Shown here piece by piece: positions 14,455 to 23,967 of a DNA stretch of 39,861 bases. A model generated the notes under the pieces. The model had not been told where the DNA came from. It searched no databases and saw only the letters and a program-made list of their open reading frames with translations. The stretch's first letter is position 1, and each line of letters opens with the position of its first letter. Source of the stretch: a virus (Duplodnaviria; Caudoviricetes); IMG/VR virus record IMGVR_UViG_3300020045_002621, positions 1-39,861 of that record, one strand, 5' to 3'. The position numbers were made by a program, and so were the translations under genes.

Positions 14455-16704
14455 TTATGGATTGCCTCTCCCAGCTAAATATTGGCTACCTTGGCCAAAC
14501 ATTCCCGCCGCCACCAAGCGCTTCATTTCAGGCGTAAGGATTTCAGCCTGTGGAATGGCCCCGCCGTTTCTGGCGATCATTTCAGCAAGATCAGCGTTAC
14601 GCATCCCCATGCTGGTAGCGGCATTACGGCCACCAATACCGACAGCATTAGTCAATCCTGCCGCCAATGCCCCGACACCCGGCCCGCCTATGGCGCTTCC
14701 AATGCCAAACGGAACGGCGGTTGAAATGCCACCCGAAACGACGCCGGTAGGAGCCATCTTGCCAAGCCCCCGCGCGAAGTTGGACGCTGGCGTTCCCCGC
14801 GCTACATCCTCGATTGCGCCGACAACTTCGGGAGAAAAATTCTTCTGCCCCTTGATAGCGCCTCGATCCAAAGCGCGATATTCGGTGCGAAGCGCATTTT
14901 CAAAGCCGGAACCGCTAAATTGACCAGCCCTTGCGCCCGCCAATTCCCGCGCCCTCTCCAATTCCTGCGCCTGCAAATAGCGGCTGGCGACATTCCGCGC
15001 TTCACCAAGGCCGGGGGCTAGTGGATCAATCCATTGGTCCAGTTGGCCCAGCAACATCCCCCCAATCCGCGCCTCTGCCGGGTCTTGACTATTGGCAGCG
15101 TCCGCGACGATCTTGCGCATGGTTTGCATCTGCACAGGGTTCATCGTCCCCTGTGAATAGTCCTCCGAAAGCTGCAAAGCCTCCTTTGCCTTGGGGTGGA
15201 CCTCAGACACGCGCCCGGTCGGGCTAATCACACCCTCCCGTTGCAGCGTTTGCCGAAACTGGCTTGCAAGCGCCTGCGTCTGCATTGGGTCAGCCGTAGT
15301 GCCGCCAGCTTCCGCTTGCTGATACAATTGCCCTGCGCGCTCCTTGACCTTCTCAGTCGAAGGAATAGCTGCCTCGATCCCCCGCTGCGCTATTTGACGA
15401 TTGCGCATCAATCCCGGCGCAGCACCAATGCCACCGCCTGCCAGTTCCCCCGCCATTTCAGCATAAGGATTGCCGGGTGCCACTTCCCGCGCCGTAGCAG
15501 CGCCCACGCCGCCGCCAAGGCTGGAAAGCAACATCCCACCCAATTGGCCACCTGTCCGCGCCGTTGCGCCAGCGGGGATTAGGTTCGCACCAATGCTCTG
15601 CCCGACACGGCGAACGAATGGCATCCCCGGCTGTTGGCTCTCAGGGCCGATTGCGCCGACGCCACCCATTTGCTGACGCAGCCAATCGCTACCCATAATC
15701 GGGCTTTCGGGTGCCTGCAAATTGGTGTTGGCTATGGCGTTAATGCCGCGCGCGCCAAGGCCAAGGCCCATGTTGGCAATATCGACCGGAGCGCCGACTA
15801 GGGATGCGATGCCTTCGTTGACGCCAGAAAGCCCTTGAGATAGCGGGCTGTCATTGACGGATGGGCGATTGATCTGGACGGGGGCAGCGCCACCTTGGCG
15901 GTAATAAGCCTCTGCCGCCTGCCGCTCTTCCGGGGGTATGGTGTTGCGCCCCTCATCCTCCGCAGCCGCAACCGCGCTTGTCAACTGCGCCGCCCGAGCC
16001 TCATCCAACCCGCTCTTGCGAAGGCGGTCATATTCCTTGAAGAACGGCTCGCCGGGGAAGCCGCCGACAACATCTTCCGGATTAACGCCTTGCCTTTGCG
16101 CCAATCCCTGATAGTCGGCGCGCGCAACGCCATATGTCTTTGCCAGCGCAGCAACCTTGCGGTTCATTTCCTCGCGCAGATTGTCCGCCGCGCCAGCGGG
16201 CAGACCGCGAGCATCGCTAAACCCGAACGTCTTTTTGAATTGCTCAACCTTTTGATCCCAAAGCCCCGCCGTCTGCGCGGCGGTAGCGCCCTCGCTTTCA
16301 CGAACGACAGAACCGGGGTCCATAACCTTGGCGTAGGCATAAATCAGGGCGTTATCGCCAGCCGGGTTAGGCGCGCTTTTAAGGCCCGACATGAGAACGG
16401 GCAGGACTGCGTTGTATTCCTTGAAACGGGTGTCCGAGGTGAAATCCGAACGCAGCTTGTCGCCTCGCTCAAATGGGCGGTCGCCTACCTGTTGGTTTTT
16501 CCTTGCAAGGTCCGCCGCTGCCGTTGCGGGATCATAAGCAGAAGCCGCTGCCTGATTGCCAAGGCGGCTTACTTCCAACGGCTGTTTAGGGTCAGGCGTC
16601 CCTACCGTCATAGACTGCGGCTGGCCGGACGACACAAGGTTCCACGGCTGACCGGGGCCAGCGCGTTCATAGGTTGCGCCCATATATTCACGACGTTCAG
16701 CCAT
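14455..16704 (-). CDS. Large internal virion / DNA ejection protein
   Basis: 749 aa, Gly/Ala-rich with amphipathic segments; DPGSVVRESE motif; located after the tail genes. Confidence 0.75.
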   Translation of the reverse strand: MAERREYMGATYERAGPGQPWNLVSSGQPQSMTVGTPDPKQPLEVSRLGNQAAASAYDPATAAADLARKNQQVGDRPFERGDKLRSDFTSDTRFKEYNAVLPVLMSGLKSAPNPAGDNALIYAYAKVMDPGSVVRESEGATAAQTAGLWDQKVEQFKKTFGFSDARGLPAGAADNLREEMNRKVAALAKTYGVARADYQGLAQRQGVNPEDVVGGFPGEPFFKEYDRLRKSGLDEARAAQLTSAVAAAEDEGRNTIPPEERQAAEAYYRQGGAAPVQINRPSVNDSPLSQGLSGVNEGIASLVGAPVDIANMGLGLGARGINAIANTNLQAPESPIMGSDWLRQQMGGVGAIGPESQQPGMPFVRRVGQSIGANLIPAGATARTGGQLGGMLLSSLGGGVGAATAREVAPGNPYAEMAGELAGGGIGAAPGLMRNRQIAQRGIEAAIPSTEKVKERAGQLYQQAEAGGTTADPMQTQALASQFRQTLQREGVISPTGRVSEVHPKAKEALQLSEDYSQGTMNPVQMQTMRKIVADAANSQDPAEARIGGMLLGQLDQWIDPLAPGLGEARNVASRYLQAQELERARELAGARAGQFSGSGFENALRTEYRALDRGAIKGQKNFSPEVVGAIEDVARGTPASNFARGLGKMAPTGVVSGGISTAVPFGIGSAIGGPGVGALAAGLTNAVGIGGRNAATSMGMRNADLAEMIARNGGAIPQAEILTPEMKRLVAAGMFGQGSQYLAGRGNP

Positions 16705-17057
16705 TACGATCCCCTTGCAGCGCGAAGATTGCGCGACACATAATCCCGCGTTTCTTTTGGCGCGGCCTTCATCCAGTCATCACCATAGGTCTTTAGCGCC
16801 CGGTCCAGATTGCCCGGTCCCCAATTATACGCGGCCCACATTTTGGGAAGGTCGTCGCCGTAGCGCTTTTGCATTGCGGCCCTGTATTCCTGCCCGACCC
16901 GCACATCATCCTGTTGAGTGCCGCTCGATGGCCGGATACCAAAGCCTGGATCGCGCGCAGTTTCCGGCATGACTTGCATAAGGCCGCGCGCTCCTTTCGG
17001 GCTAACAGCGTTAGGATTGCCGCCGCTCTCGCTCATCATCGTGATCTTATCAAGGAA
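16704..17057 (-). CDS. Lytic transglycosylase (SLT) domain, possibly expressed as a frameshift fusion to the upstream gene
   Basis: ESGGNPNAVSPKGARGLMQVMP and AAYNWGPGN motifs; the nearest ATG is only 2-3 codons before the catalytic Glu. Confidence 0.85.
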   Translation of the reverse strand, partial: FLDKITMMSESGGNPNAVSPKGARGLMQVMPETARDPGFGIRPSSGTQQDDVRVGQEYRAAMQKRYGDDLPKMWAAYNWGPGNLDRALKTYGDDWMKAAPKETRDYVSRNLRAARGS

Positions 17058-17088
17058 ACCGGCCAGACGCGGGCGGCGTCTGACCTCC
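17050..17088 (-). promoter_or_regulatory. Candidate +1 frameshift cassette (SD-like, hairpin, TTT-CCT-TGA)
   Basis: GGA GGTCAGACGC CGCCC GCGTCTGGCC GG TTT CCT TGA; 10-bp stem at 17061-17085. Confidence 0.5.
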
Positions 17089-17604
17089 AAAGTCAAAATC
17101 AGCGGGGAGCGTGGAAGGCGGCGCATTACCACCACCCACCGGCTTGGGCATGATCGTCATCGTCCCGTCAGGGTTCTTGACGTTGATCCATTCTGTCTTT
17201 GGCGTTGGGTCTTTGAATATCAGTCGTGGCGTGCCGTCCGCGCCAATCGTGTAGCGGTCGCCGCTGTTGCTCTCGAATGTTTCCGGCGGAGTGTTGGCGC
17301 GCTTATACTGCTCACGCGCAATCCATTGGCGTTCTTCTTCAAGCCGGTTTGCTTCCCCCGCCTGCTGCTGCTGCTTCATGGCTTGCTGGCGCTGCATCTG
17401 TGGCGCATAGATCGGCTGCGCTCCCGCATATTGCAGAAGGAAGTCGCCAATATTGCCAGCGATGCCCCTGCCTACGCCACCCTGCCCGAAAAAGCCGCCA
17501 GATTGTTCAGGAGGCGCTGGCAAAGGCTGTTGCAGGCCGGAATAGCCTCCGACATTGCCTGTATCGAACGGCTTTTTACTCGCCAATGCCCCAAACATCG
17601 CCAT
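17050..17604 (-). CDS. Internal virion / ejection protein
   Basis: Gly/Gln-rich 184 aa protein in the ejection-protein cluster; ends GGQTPPASGRFP. Confidence 0.7.
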   Translation of the reverse strand: MAMFGALASKKPFDTGNVGGYSGLQQPLPAPPEQSGGFFGQGGVGRGIAGNIGDFLLQYAGAQPIYAPQMQRQQAMKQQQQAGEANRLEEERQWIAREQYKRANTPPETFESNSGDRYTIGADGTPRLIFKDPTPKTEWINVKNPDGTMTIMPKPVGGGNAPPSTLPADFDFGGQTPPASGRFP

Positions 17605-17605
17605 A

Positions 17606-18265
17606 TTACAGCCCCTTGAACCCGCCGCCAGCCCAGCCGCTTAGCGCGGAACCAGCTACGCCCGCCAGCAACCCGCCCATCCCCTGCTTCTGTGTCGTGT
17701 TGGTATATTGCCCCAACAGGCTCCCCATGGACGACGCATAATTTCCCGAAGCGGCATAAGGAAGCTGCGCGGCACTGTTGGCGCTGTTCAGGATGGTGTT
17801 GACGCCAGAATACTGCGCCTCATTCAGCGAAGGCGACAGGCCCGCCATCGTATCCATGCGACCCATTTGCGTGTTATAATCGTTGTAGCGCAGATTGTTT
17901 TCCGCGTCCGACAACTCGCGACCCAAAAGGCTCGTCTGCACGTCACCACCAACCCGCCCGCGCGTCCCGACAGCGCCCTGCACCTGATTGGTGACGCTTC
18001 GCCCGGTCTGGTCGATGATATTCTGCAATTGTGGATTGCCGGTTAGATATTTGCCCGAAAGCACATCGGTAGCGTAGGTATTCGCCGCGTCGAGCGTGGG
18101 CGAACCCGCGTTGTATTTGTCGATCAAGCCCTGCGTAAGGCCGGAAATGTCACCGGCAAGCGCCTGCGTCTGGTCCTTGTTCGCGTTATAGGCGTTAGAC
18201 AATTCCGACGCCGCGCCCTTGATCTCTGTTTCGTAGATCGGCTTCGTTTTCGTCTTGCTTTTCAA
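17606..18265 (-). CDS. Internal virion / DNA transfer (pilot) protein
   Basis: Probable TTG start overlapping the upstream stop with GGAG SD; NPQLQ segment and Gly-rich hydrophobic C-terminus. Confidence 0.7.
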   Translation of the reverse strand: MKSKTKTKPIYETEIKGAASELSNAYNANKDQTQALAGDISGLTQGLIDKYNAGSPTLDAANTYATDVLSGKYLTGNPQLQNIIDQTGRSVTNQVQGAVGTRGRVGGDVQTSLLGRELSDAENNLRYNDYNTQMGRMDTMAGLSPSLNEAQYSGVNTILNSANSAAQLPYAASGNYASSMGSLLGQYTNTTQKQGMGGLLAGVAGSALSGWAGGGFKGL

Positions 18266-18618
18266 GCGCTCAACTCCAAAACAACGCAATCACCATCAGT
18301 CCGAACATGTTGCCAGTGAGGCAGGACGCGAAGCCACCCCTTGCGGCCCTCAATCCGTAGCTTATCACAACCTATCTGTTTTGCAAAGGCGATGACGATG
18401 GCCTCAGCCCTGCCAAACCATTCGCGGACATGCGCCCCGACGCACAGCCAAATCACCAAAGCGTCATCGACCGCCCGGTCAATCAGCATAAGGAAATCGT
18501 CCGTTTCAAACGCGACTGTGTGACCCATGGCCAGCTTTCGATCCACCATGTCACGTGAGTGGCCCGAACGCTCCGCCAGTTTGTAAATGTCATCCCAACG
18601 GCTCAAAACAGCATCCAA
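18262..18618 (-). CDS. GNAT-fold-like virion assembly protein
   Basis: FAKQIGCDKLRIEGRKGWLRVL motif; typical position between nozzle and ejection genes. Confidence 0.6.
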   Translation of the reverse strand: MDAVLSRWDDIYKLAERSGHSRDMVDRKLAMGHTVAFETDDFLMLIDRAVDDALVIWLCVGAHVREWFGRAEAIVIAFAKQIGCDKLRIEGRKGWLRVLPHWQHVRTDGDCVVLELSA

Positions 18619-18968
18619 TCGACATTGCTACCATTGACATTTTGATCCGTTAAGATGCGGAACCCGATCAATTGCGTCAGAAGCGTCAACGGTGAAGGCA
18701 AATCTCTAAACCTATGCCCTTTTATCTGGACTGAAACATATTCACCCGCACCATTAGTCACCCATGAGGATAAAATGGGGTTGGCGATGATTGGAAGTTG
18801 CCCCGCCGCTATCCATGGCGTCAACTGGACATGGCTGGCAGCGCCAACCGAAACAGGACGGTTAAATGTGATCGTCGCCAGTCCATTCGCATCCAGCGCG
18901 ACCACGCCCTTTTCCCGGTAGACTCTGGCCCGAATGTCGGGGATACCGCCTTCTCCGCTGTAAGCCAT
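18603..18968 (-). CDS. Hypothetical tail-region protein
   Basis: Beta-rich ORF continuous with the late operon. Confidence 0.65.
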   Translation of the reverse strand: MAYSGEGGIPDIRARVYREKGVVALDANGLATITFNRPVSVGAASHVQLTPWIAAGQLPIIANPILSSWVTNGAGEYVSVQIKGHRFRDLPSPLTLLTQLIGFRILTDQNVNGSNVDWMLF

Positions 18969-19532
18969 TTACCGAGCCTTATGCATACGGGCAACAACGA
19001 TGCGCTTGGCCGTCAATGAGGCACCGCCATCGCACGTCACATTGATAGTAGCCCCATTGGCTTCCCATGTGGCCATGGTGAACGCCAAAAAAGTGAAGCT
19101 GATAGGGTGCGCCACGCCAGAGCCCGCCGTTAGTGGGAAATCATGTTCCTCCAAGACGCCAATAGTGCCGCCTATATCCACCTGGACATTAAGCATGGAT
19201 GCGGACGCATCCGATGGAGTGCAAACCATCTGCACCTTGACCATGATAGCGTCGCCAGTGCGGCCAGTAATTTTATTGCTGTCCCAGAAAGCAGTTACAT
19301 CGCTTGGCTTTTGGGACTGGATTATGGCCCCCGCGTTGTTTGTAAACATCGCCTGCGTCGATGCAGCCAGCGTCTGCGCGCCAGCGGTGTCCTGATAATT
19401 GGCCCAGCCGGTTTGCTGCGACAAGATGCTGCTCGTTTCCGCGTCTCGCCTCAAAAGATAGTTGATCGCATTGGCCACCAGCCGGGGCCAGTCCTGCCGC
19501 CTTGCATCGACCGGGATATTCAAAATGCTCAC
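18969..19532 (-). CDS. Putative tail needle/tip-like protein
   Basis: Short N-terminal helix and beta-sandwich C-terminus, directly after the nozzle gene. Confidence 0.55.
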   Translation of the reverse strand: MSILNIPVDARRQDWPRLVANAINYLLRRDAETSSILSQQTGWANYQDTAGAQTLAASTQAMFTNNAGAIIQSQKPSDVTAFWDSNKITGRTGDAIMVKVQMVCTPSDASASMLNVQVDIGGTIGVLEEHDFPLTAGSGVAHPISFTFLAFTMATWEANGATINVTCDGGASLTAKRIVVARMHKAR

Positions 19533-20965
19533 CTGCCGCCGCCAGCGTAGAAGTCCAGTTCAAGCCCCTGCACATAGCCCCATTGCTCGCCATCACCGCG
19601 CTCTGTCCCGGCTGCGACGTTCATGGTCAAAGCGATGTATCGGCCTGCCGCGCGGATTGGCATGGAGCCACTGGCCCGCAATGCGCCAGCCGTCGCCAAA
19701 GACGCTGCATCACCGAGTCTAGCCCGCGTGTCCGCTGTAATGGATATGCCGTCCACAGCATCACAAATGGGCCGAATGAAGCGGATGCGTGCCGCCCTGC
19801 CGGTCGCAAATTGCGTGAAACCCAATTGTAGCCGCACCGCCAGCGTTTCGCCGGTCAACGTCCCAAGTTCGCGCGCATTATCCACAACATATAGCCGTGG
19901 GTCGCCGCCTGAAAACCTGGGATCATCAAAGCTGTAAGGCATGTCGTCAATGTCGGGATAGAGCGCAGACACTTCTTCCAGCGTCAATGACGACGTGAAG
20001 CCCGAAAACAAGCCGGTGAACGGAACAACGATGGTTGCCCATCTGTCCAACGTCCAGTTGTAAATCCAGATGGTGCCGGGGTTGCCGGGAACGCCCCACA
20101 TGGCAAGACTGTTCTGCGGATCGACAGCCGTATGCATCAGTTCGTAATCATCTCTGGCAAGAGCCGCCGAAAACGTCCGGTTAACCTTTTCGTCCCCGAT
20201 ATATTTCAACGCCTGCCCATCCTCCAACGCCATAAATCCACGGTCGGACAGGAAATAGACATTGCGGCCAGCCTGGACGATGGAAGCAGCCGACGCACAG
20301 CCCACGTTGGACGTGATTTCATCAAACTGATAAACGAAGTCGTCGCCCGTATAGGTCATACGGACAAGGCGAAAGCGTTGCAAAATGATACCGTATTCAC
20401 CACCGGCCAGCCCCATCACCGCGCCGCCCGTCAACATCGGCTGAAAACCAGACTGATTTAGCCCCGCCGTCCATTGCGTATGATTGTTGAAGCCCGACCA
20501 TTGCACCATGGAAATATCACCATTAGCGCGCCCGATAACGACTTGATCGCGCACGACAGTGATGCAAGTCCCTGTAGGAGCGCCCGCTAATGGTGAGGCT
20601 GTCCCGGCTGTAAGGTCAACCTCTTGCGTGGCGCTGCCATTCACGCCGATGGCGAAGTCACCAAACTGCGCCCACCGCCAACGCCCAGCGGTAAGCCCCG
20701 TGGCAAGCGACGACCATGCGCCAGCCGTTAGCCGGTAAATGTCGCTGGATGTGCCAACAATCAAATAGGCCGTGGCATCGGACGCAATGAACGACGCGCC
20801 GCCCTGATACGCTTCGTCCAGCGGGTCGGATACGGACTGAAAAGAGCGGGCGGGCCGATAACCGTCCGTGGCAGGATAGACGTTTTGCGCGGTCAGGAGA
20901 ACGCCGCTGTTGACGGTCTGGTCAGGCAAATACGCCGGAAAGGCAATGACAGTTTTCACACGCAC
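19529..20965 (-). CDS. Tail nozzle / packaged-DNA stabilization protein (P22 gp10-like)
   Basis: 478 aa with beta-propeller-like repeats (WAQFGD, VQWSG, VYFLSDRGF); follows the adaptor. Confidence 0.75.
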   Translation of the reverse strand: MRVKTVIAFPAYLPDQTVNSGVLLTAQNVYPATDGYRPARSFQSVSDPLDEAYQGGASFIASDATAYLIVGTSSDIYRLTAGAWSSLATGLTAGRWRWAQFGDFAIGVNGSATQEVDLTAGTASPLAGAPTGTCITVVRDQVVIGRANGDISMVQWSGFNNHTQWTAGLNQSGFQPMLTGGAVMGLAGGEYGIILQRFRLVRMTYTGDDFVYQFDEITSNVGCASAASIVQAGRNVYFLSDRGFMALEDGQALKYIGDEKVNRTFSAALARDDYELMHTAVDPQNSLAMWGVPGNPGTIWIYNWTLDRWATIVVPFTGLFSGFTSSLTLEEVSALYPDIDDMPYSFDDPRFSGGDPRLYVVDNARELGTLTGETLAVRLQLGFTQFATGRAARIRFIRPICDAVDGISITADTRARLGDAASLATAGALRASGSMPIRAAGRYIALTMNVAAGTERGDGEQWGYVQGLELDFYAGGGR

Positions 20966-21615
20966 ACAGACGGGTTGCGCAGCCGGACAGGCACGCCGGA
21001 ATAGCGCAGCCTGTTGCCCTGGTCGTTAATTTCCATGATCGTCTCATCAAGCGCCTGTTTCCATAGCGGCAGGCGATCATCGTTGCCAATGAACGCTTCA
21101 CATTGCAACAAAGTCGCATAGACATAAGCATCGGCATGGCCAGCCAACAGCCAATTGGTCGGGTTGTCGTCCGACAGATAGGCAATCGACTGCAAATAGG
21201 TCAGCGAGATTGTGTAAACCGCGTCAGGTGTCGGGGCCAGAAGCAGCCCCCCGCCTGAAACGCAAATAGCGGTAGGGACGCCGGAGACAAAGCCGTTCCA
21301 ATCGCGCTGCAACGTCGCCGGAGACGTAATTTCCAAGCCCTGCTGCGGGCTACTGTTCACATAGGCCGAACGAAGCTGTTTCAGGCCAGCCGGGAGCGTC
21401 ACGGAACCAATGCCTGCAACCGTGTTGACGCCAGCCGTTATTTCCCTGTCGGGGGTTAGAATAAGGCGCTGCAACCGATACTCAGCCATGCGTATGAGGT
21501 CGCCAAGCCGGTCGGACACTTCTTCCGCAAGCTGCAAATGCTCAATGATGAATTGCTTTAATCCACCATACGTCTCAATGGCAGACGCGCCGGACGTGAT
21601 GATTGCAATGCTCAT
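20956..21615 (-). CDS. Head-to-tail adaptor protein
   Basis: TYGGLKQFI...LAPTPDAVY...NPTNWLL...YVYATL motifs. Confidence 0.8.
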   Translation of the reverse strand: MSIAIITSGASAIETYGGLKQFIIEHLQLAEEVSDRLGDLIRMAEYRLQRLILTPDREITAGVNTVAGIGSVTLPAGLKQLRSAYVNSSPQQGLEITSPATLQRDWNGFVSGVPTAICVSGGGLLLAPTPDAVYTISLTYLQSIAYLSDDNPTNWLLAGHADAYVYATLLQCEAFIGNDDRLPLWKQALDETIMEINDQGNRLRYSGVPVRLRNPSVCV

Positions 21616-22376
21616 GCTTCAAGTTCCGCAATGCGCGCCTCAAACTTGTCCCGCGTGGCCTTCTGCCGTGTTCCCCATTTATCACGATGGGCGACAGCGT
21701 GGGCGTTGGTCAGGATTTGCTTGTTGACGTGGCCAACCTCCCACGACAGCCCATGGTCAAGGTGGACCTTCAACCCGGCGTCACGACACTTTTTGAAGAA
21801 ATAAACGTCCTCGCCAATCATGCCCATATGGTTTTCGGTCGGCTGGAACATAAACAGCGGCATGAACGTATCCCGCCCATCCGCTTCTGCCTGCGCCTGC
21901 AATGCGTCGAATACGCCGATCTTCATGAGGCACAGGCCAAAGCCTAAATGATCGACCTCCTCCACAAGGCAATCATGCGCCTTTTCCTGCGTCGTATAGA
22001 CAAGGTTATCATGATCGCATGTCCCGATTACCTTTGCGGCGGTCGGGGCAGTCGGCGTCTGGCGGCGGGGATAGTTGCACCCCACGATGTCCAGATTGTG
22101 CGCCCACAAGCGGCAAATCGCATCTGGCGGGAATATATGGTCCGCATCGCACCACAGCATGTAGTCAGCGCCGCTATTCACCGCCTCTGCGGCCAGCCGG
22201 TGGCGACTTTCAGTGAGCATGGACGACGACACGATGATCGTCTCCACGCTTTTCTTGATGGGCTTGCCGTCCAGTTCCATTTCGGCCTCATAGAAGTAGG
22301 AAATAGCGGACGTTAGCGACTGCATGAAAACCGCTTCGGGGTTGCCGTAACAAGGGATGCAGATGGCGATTTTCAT
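21612..22376 (-). CDS. Glycosyltransferase, GT-A fold (family 2-like)
   Basis: MKIAICIPCYG start, LWCDADH (DxD), GFGLCLM, GEDVYFF and VGH motifs. Confidence 0.85.
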   Translation of the reverse strand: MKIAICIPCYGNPEAVFMQSLTSAISYFYEAEMELDGKPIKKSVETIIVSSSMLTESRHRLAAEAVNSGADYMLWCDADHIFPPDAICRLWAHNLDIVGCNYPRRQTPTAPTAAKVIGTCDHDNLVYTTQEKAHDCLVEEVDHLGFGLCLMKIGVFDALQAQAEADGRDTFMPLFMFQPTENHMGMIGEDVYFFKKCRDAGLKVHLDHGLSWEVGHVNKQILTNAHAVAHRDKWGTRQKATRDKFEARIAELEA

Positions 22377-22385
22377 GGTGTCTCC

Positions 22386-22682
22386 TTAAACTCTGCCGTG
22401 CCACGTCCTATAACACGCATTGCCAGGATCGTTAAGCCATTGCTTCCACTTCGCCTCGTCGTGGAACCAGCCCTCATTGAACGACTGATCCAGCACCGTC
22501 TTGGGAACCAGCGCGACCCGGCGCATGTCCTTGCCCGGTGTCTCATCGCGCATCATCGCAGCAGCCTTGACGATATGGGACACGTCCTGCCGCGTCTCCA
22601 TGTAGGTCTTACCATCTTCCTCATGGTAGATGATCTTGCGGCGATCCTCCGGAATGAGGTCGAGAAGCGCGCTCTTGCTCAT
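22386..22682 (-). CDS. Conserved-type head-region hypothetical protein
   Basis: QDVSHIV...RRVALVP...WLNDPGNACYRTWHGRV; ATGA coupling. Confidence 0.75.
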   Translation of the reverse strand: MSKSALLDLIPEDRRKIIYHEEDGKTYMETRQDVSHIVKAAAMMRDETPGKDMRRVALVPKTVLDQSFNEGWFHDEAKWKQWLNDPGNACYRTWHGRV

Positions 22683-22957
22683 GCAGTGACAGCCGCCAGC
22701 TTGTAACCGCGATTGAGGCGAAGCCACAGCACTTCATTCGCCGCGACATAAACGCCAGTGCCCGCCGCCGCCGTTGGGTTCGCGCCATCGTTGACATAGT
22801 GTGCCGCATCGCTCTGGATTTTCGCCACGGTTGCAAATTCTGGATTGGCGGTGGACTGCCCCGACGTGCCGGACGTGGTGACAATTTCGGAGCCAAGCGG
22901 GTCTTGCGCACAATGCTTATCGACGTTGCCGAAATAGGAAATGTAGAGACTTGCCAT
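22679..22957 (-). CDS. Small virion protein (possible capsid decoration)
   Basis: Beta-rich 92 aa with GANPTA motif; directly after the capsid gene. Confidence 0.6.
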   Translation of the reverse strand: MASLYISYFGNVDKHCAQDPLGSEIVTTSGTSGQSTANPEFATVAKIQSDAAHYVNDGANPTAAAGTGVYVAANEVLWLRLNRGYKLAAVTA

Positions 22958-22970
22958 GGTTTACCCCTGC

Positions 22971-23000
22971 AAAATGGGGCGACCCGAAAGCCGCCCCAAT
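22971..23000 (-). terminator. Intrinsic terminator after the major capsid gene
   Basis: TGGGGCGGCT TTCG GGTCGCCCCA TTTT on the minus strand. Confidence 0.85.
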
Positions 23001-23004
23001 CTTG

Positions 23005-23955
23005 TTACGCCGACGTAAGGTCCGCCACGAGTGCATGAGCGTTGGCTGCCCGCATCTCGAGCGAAAACTCGCTAATCAAGTCGCGCGTCATAGCATCGCC
23101 AACGCGGCCCAATTCCTGCGGCTCGAACATGCGCAGGCCGGACACCGCGACCTTGGTGGTGTCGATGACCCACGCATCACGTGCGCGCTGCGTGCGATTT
23201 GGGATGACCTTGAGGTTGCCGAAGTCGGACGCATAGATTTCCGCCGCACCCTGGACAGTGCCGACCGACACGTGTTCACGCGCAGTCGAACGGCCAGTAA
23301 AGGTCGAAAACTTCTGCTTGTTGAACGAGCCGACCAGAACCAGCGAAGGCTCGCCGCCGTCATCGAAGGCGTCCTTGATCGCGTCCTTGAGCATGTCCTC
23401 CGTGAAGGTGCGAAGGTCGCCCGTGGTCGCGTCCGTCGCCGCTGCCGTCGCTGCCGTGGCATCCGCGCCGCCAGTGCCACGCGAGCCATTGCCGCTGATC
23501 CAGCTATTGAACGAGCGCAGGGTGCGGGCCGTGGTGGTGTTGCCTGCGGTCTGGCCCTGATTGCCAAGCAGAATGGCCTCCATGTCCTTGCGCAGTTCCA
23601 GCGACTTCTTGGACATTTGGTAGGCCATCATGTCGTCGATGCCAGCCGGGTTGACTGCGCGTTGGGTGCCGGTGACAGTCGCGTCCTTGCTGCTGATCTG
23701 GCAGTAATTCTGCACGCGGGCAGGGCTGGACGACGTGGAACGGGTCAGCGCGTCGCCTTCAAGGCGGGCGTTGGCCGTGTTGATAGCCGCCAGAGCGTCG
23801 AGCGACCATTCGTGAAGAACAGCCGTCGCCTTGGTGCGGGGGACCGCTGACATGAAAGGCGTGTCTGCCGGGGAAATGCGATAGACGGCATCCGCCAAAT
23901 CCTCGCGGTTCGTGGTAACGTCGTAGGTGGCGAGTGCGCCGGTAACTTTTGCCAT
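23005..23955 (-). CDS. Major capsid protein (DUF5309 / SU10-like family)
   Basis: NREDLADAVYRISPADTPF, HEWSLDAL, NYCQI, ELRKDME and YASDFG motifs; strong codon bias. Confidence 0.92.
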   Translation of the reverse strand: MAKVTGALATYDVTTNREDLADAVYRISPADTPFMSAVPRTKATAVLHEWSLDALAAINTANARLEGDALTRSTSSSPARVQNYCQISSKDATVTGTQRAVNPAGIDDMMAYQMSKKSLELRKDMEAILLGNQGQTAGNTTTARTLRSFNSWISGNGSRGTGGADATAATAAATDATTGDLRTFTEDMLKDAIKDAFDDGGEPSLVLVGSFNKQKFSTFTGRSTAREHVSVGTVQGAAEIYASDFGNLKVIPNRTQRARDAWVIDTTKVAVSGLRMFEPQELGRVGDAMTRDLISEFSLEMRAANAHALVADLTSA

Positions 23956-23967
23956 GATGAAATATCC

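Noticed and set aside
14367-14478. Micro-ORFs in the gap after the large ejection gene (28 aa on minus, 25 aa hydrophobic on plus)
   Set aside because: No convincing SD or motif; cannot be told apart from chance
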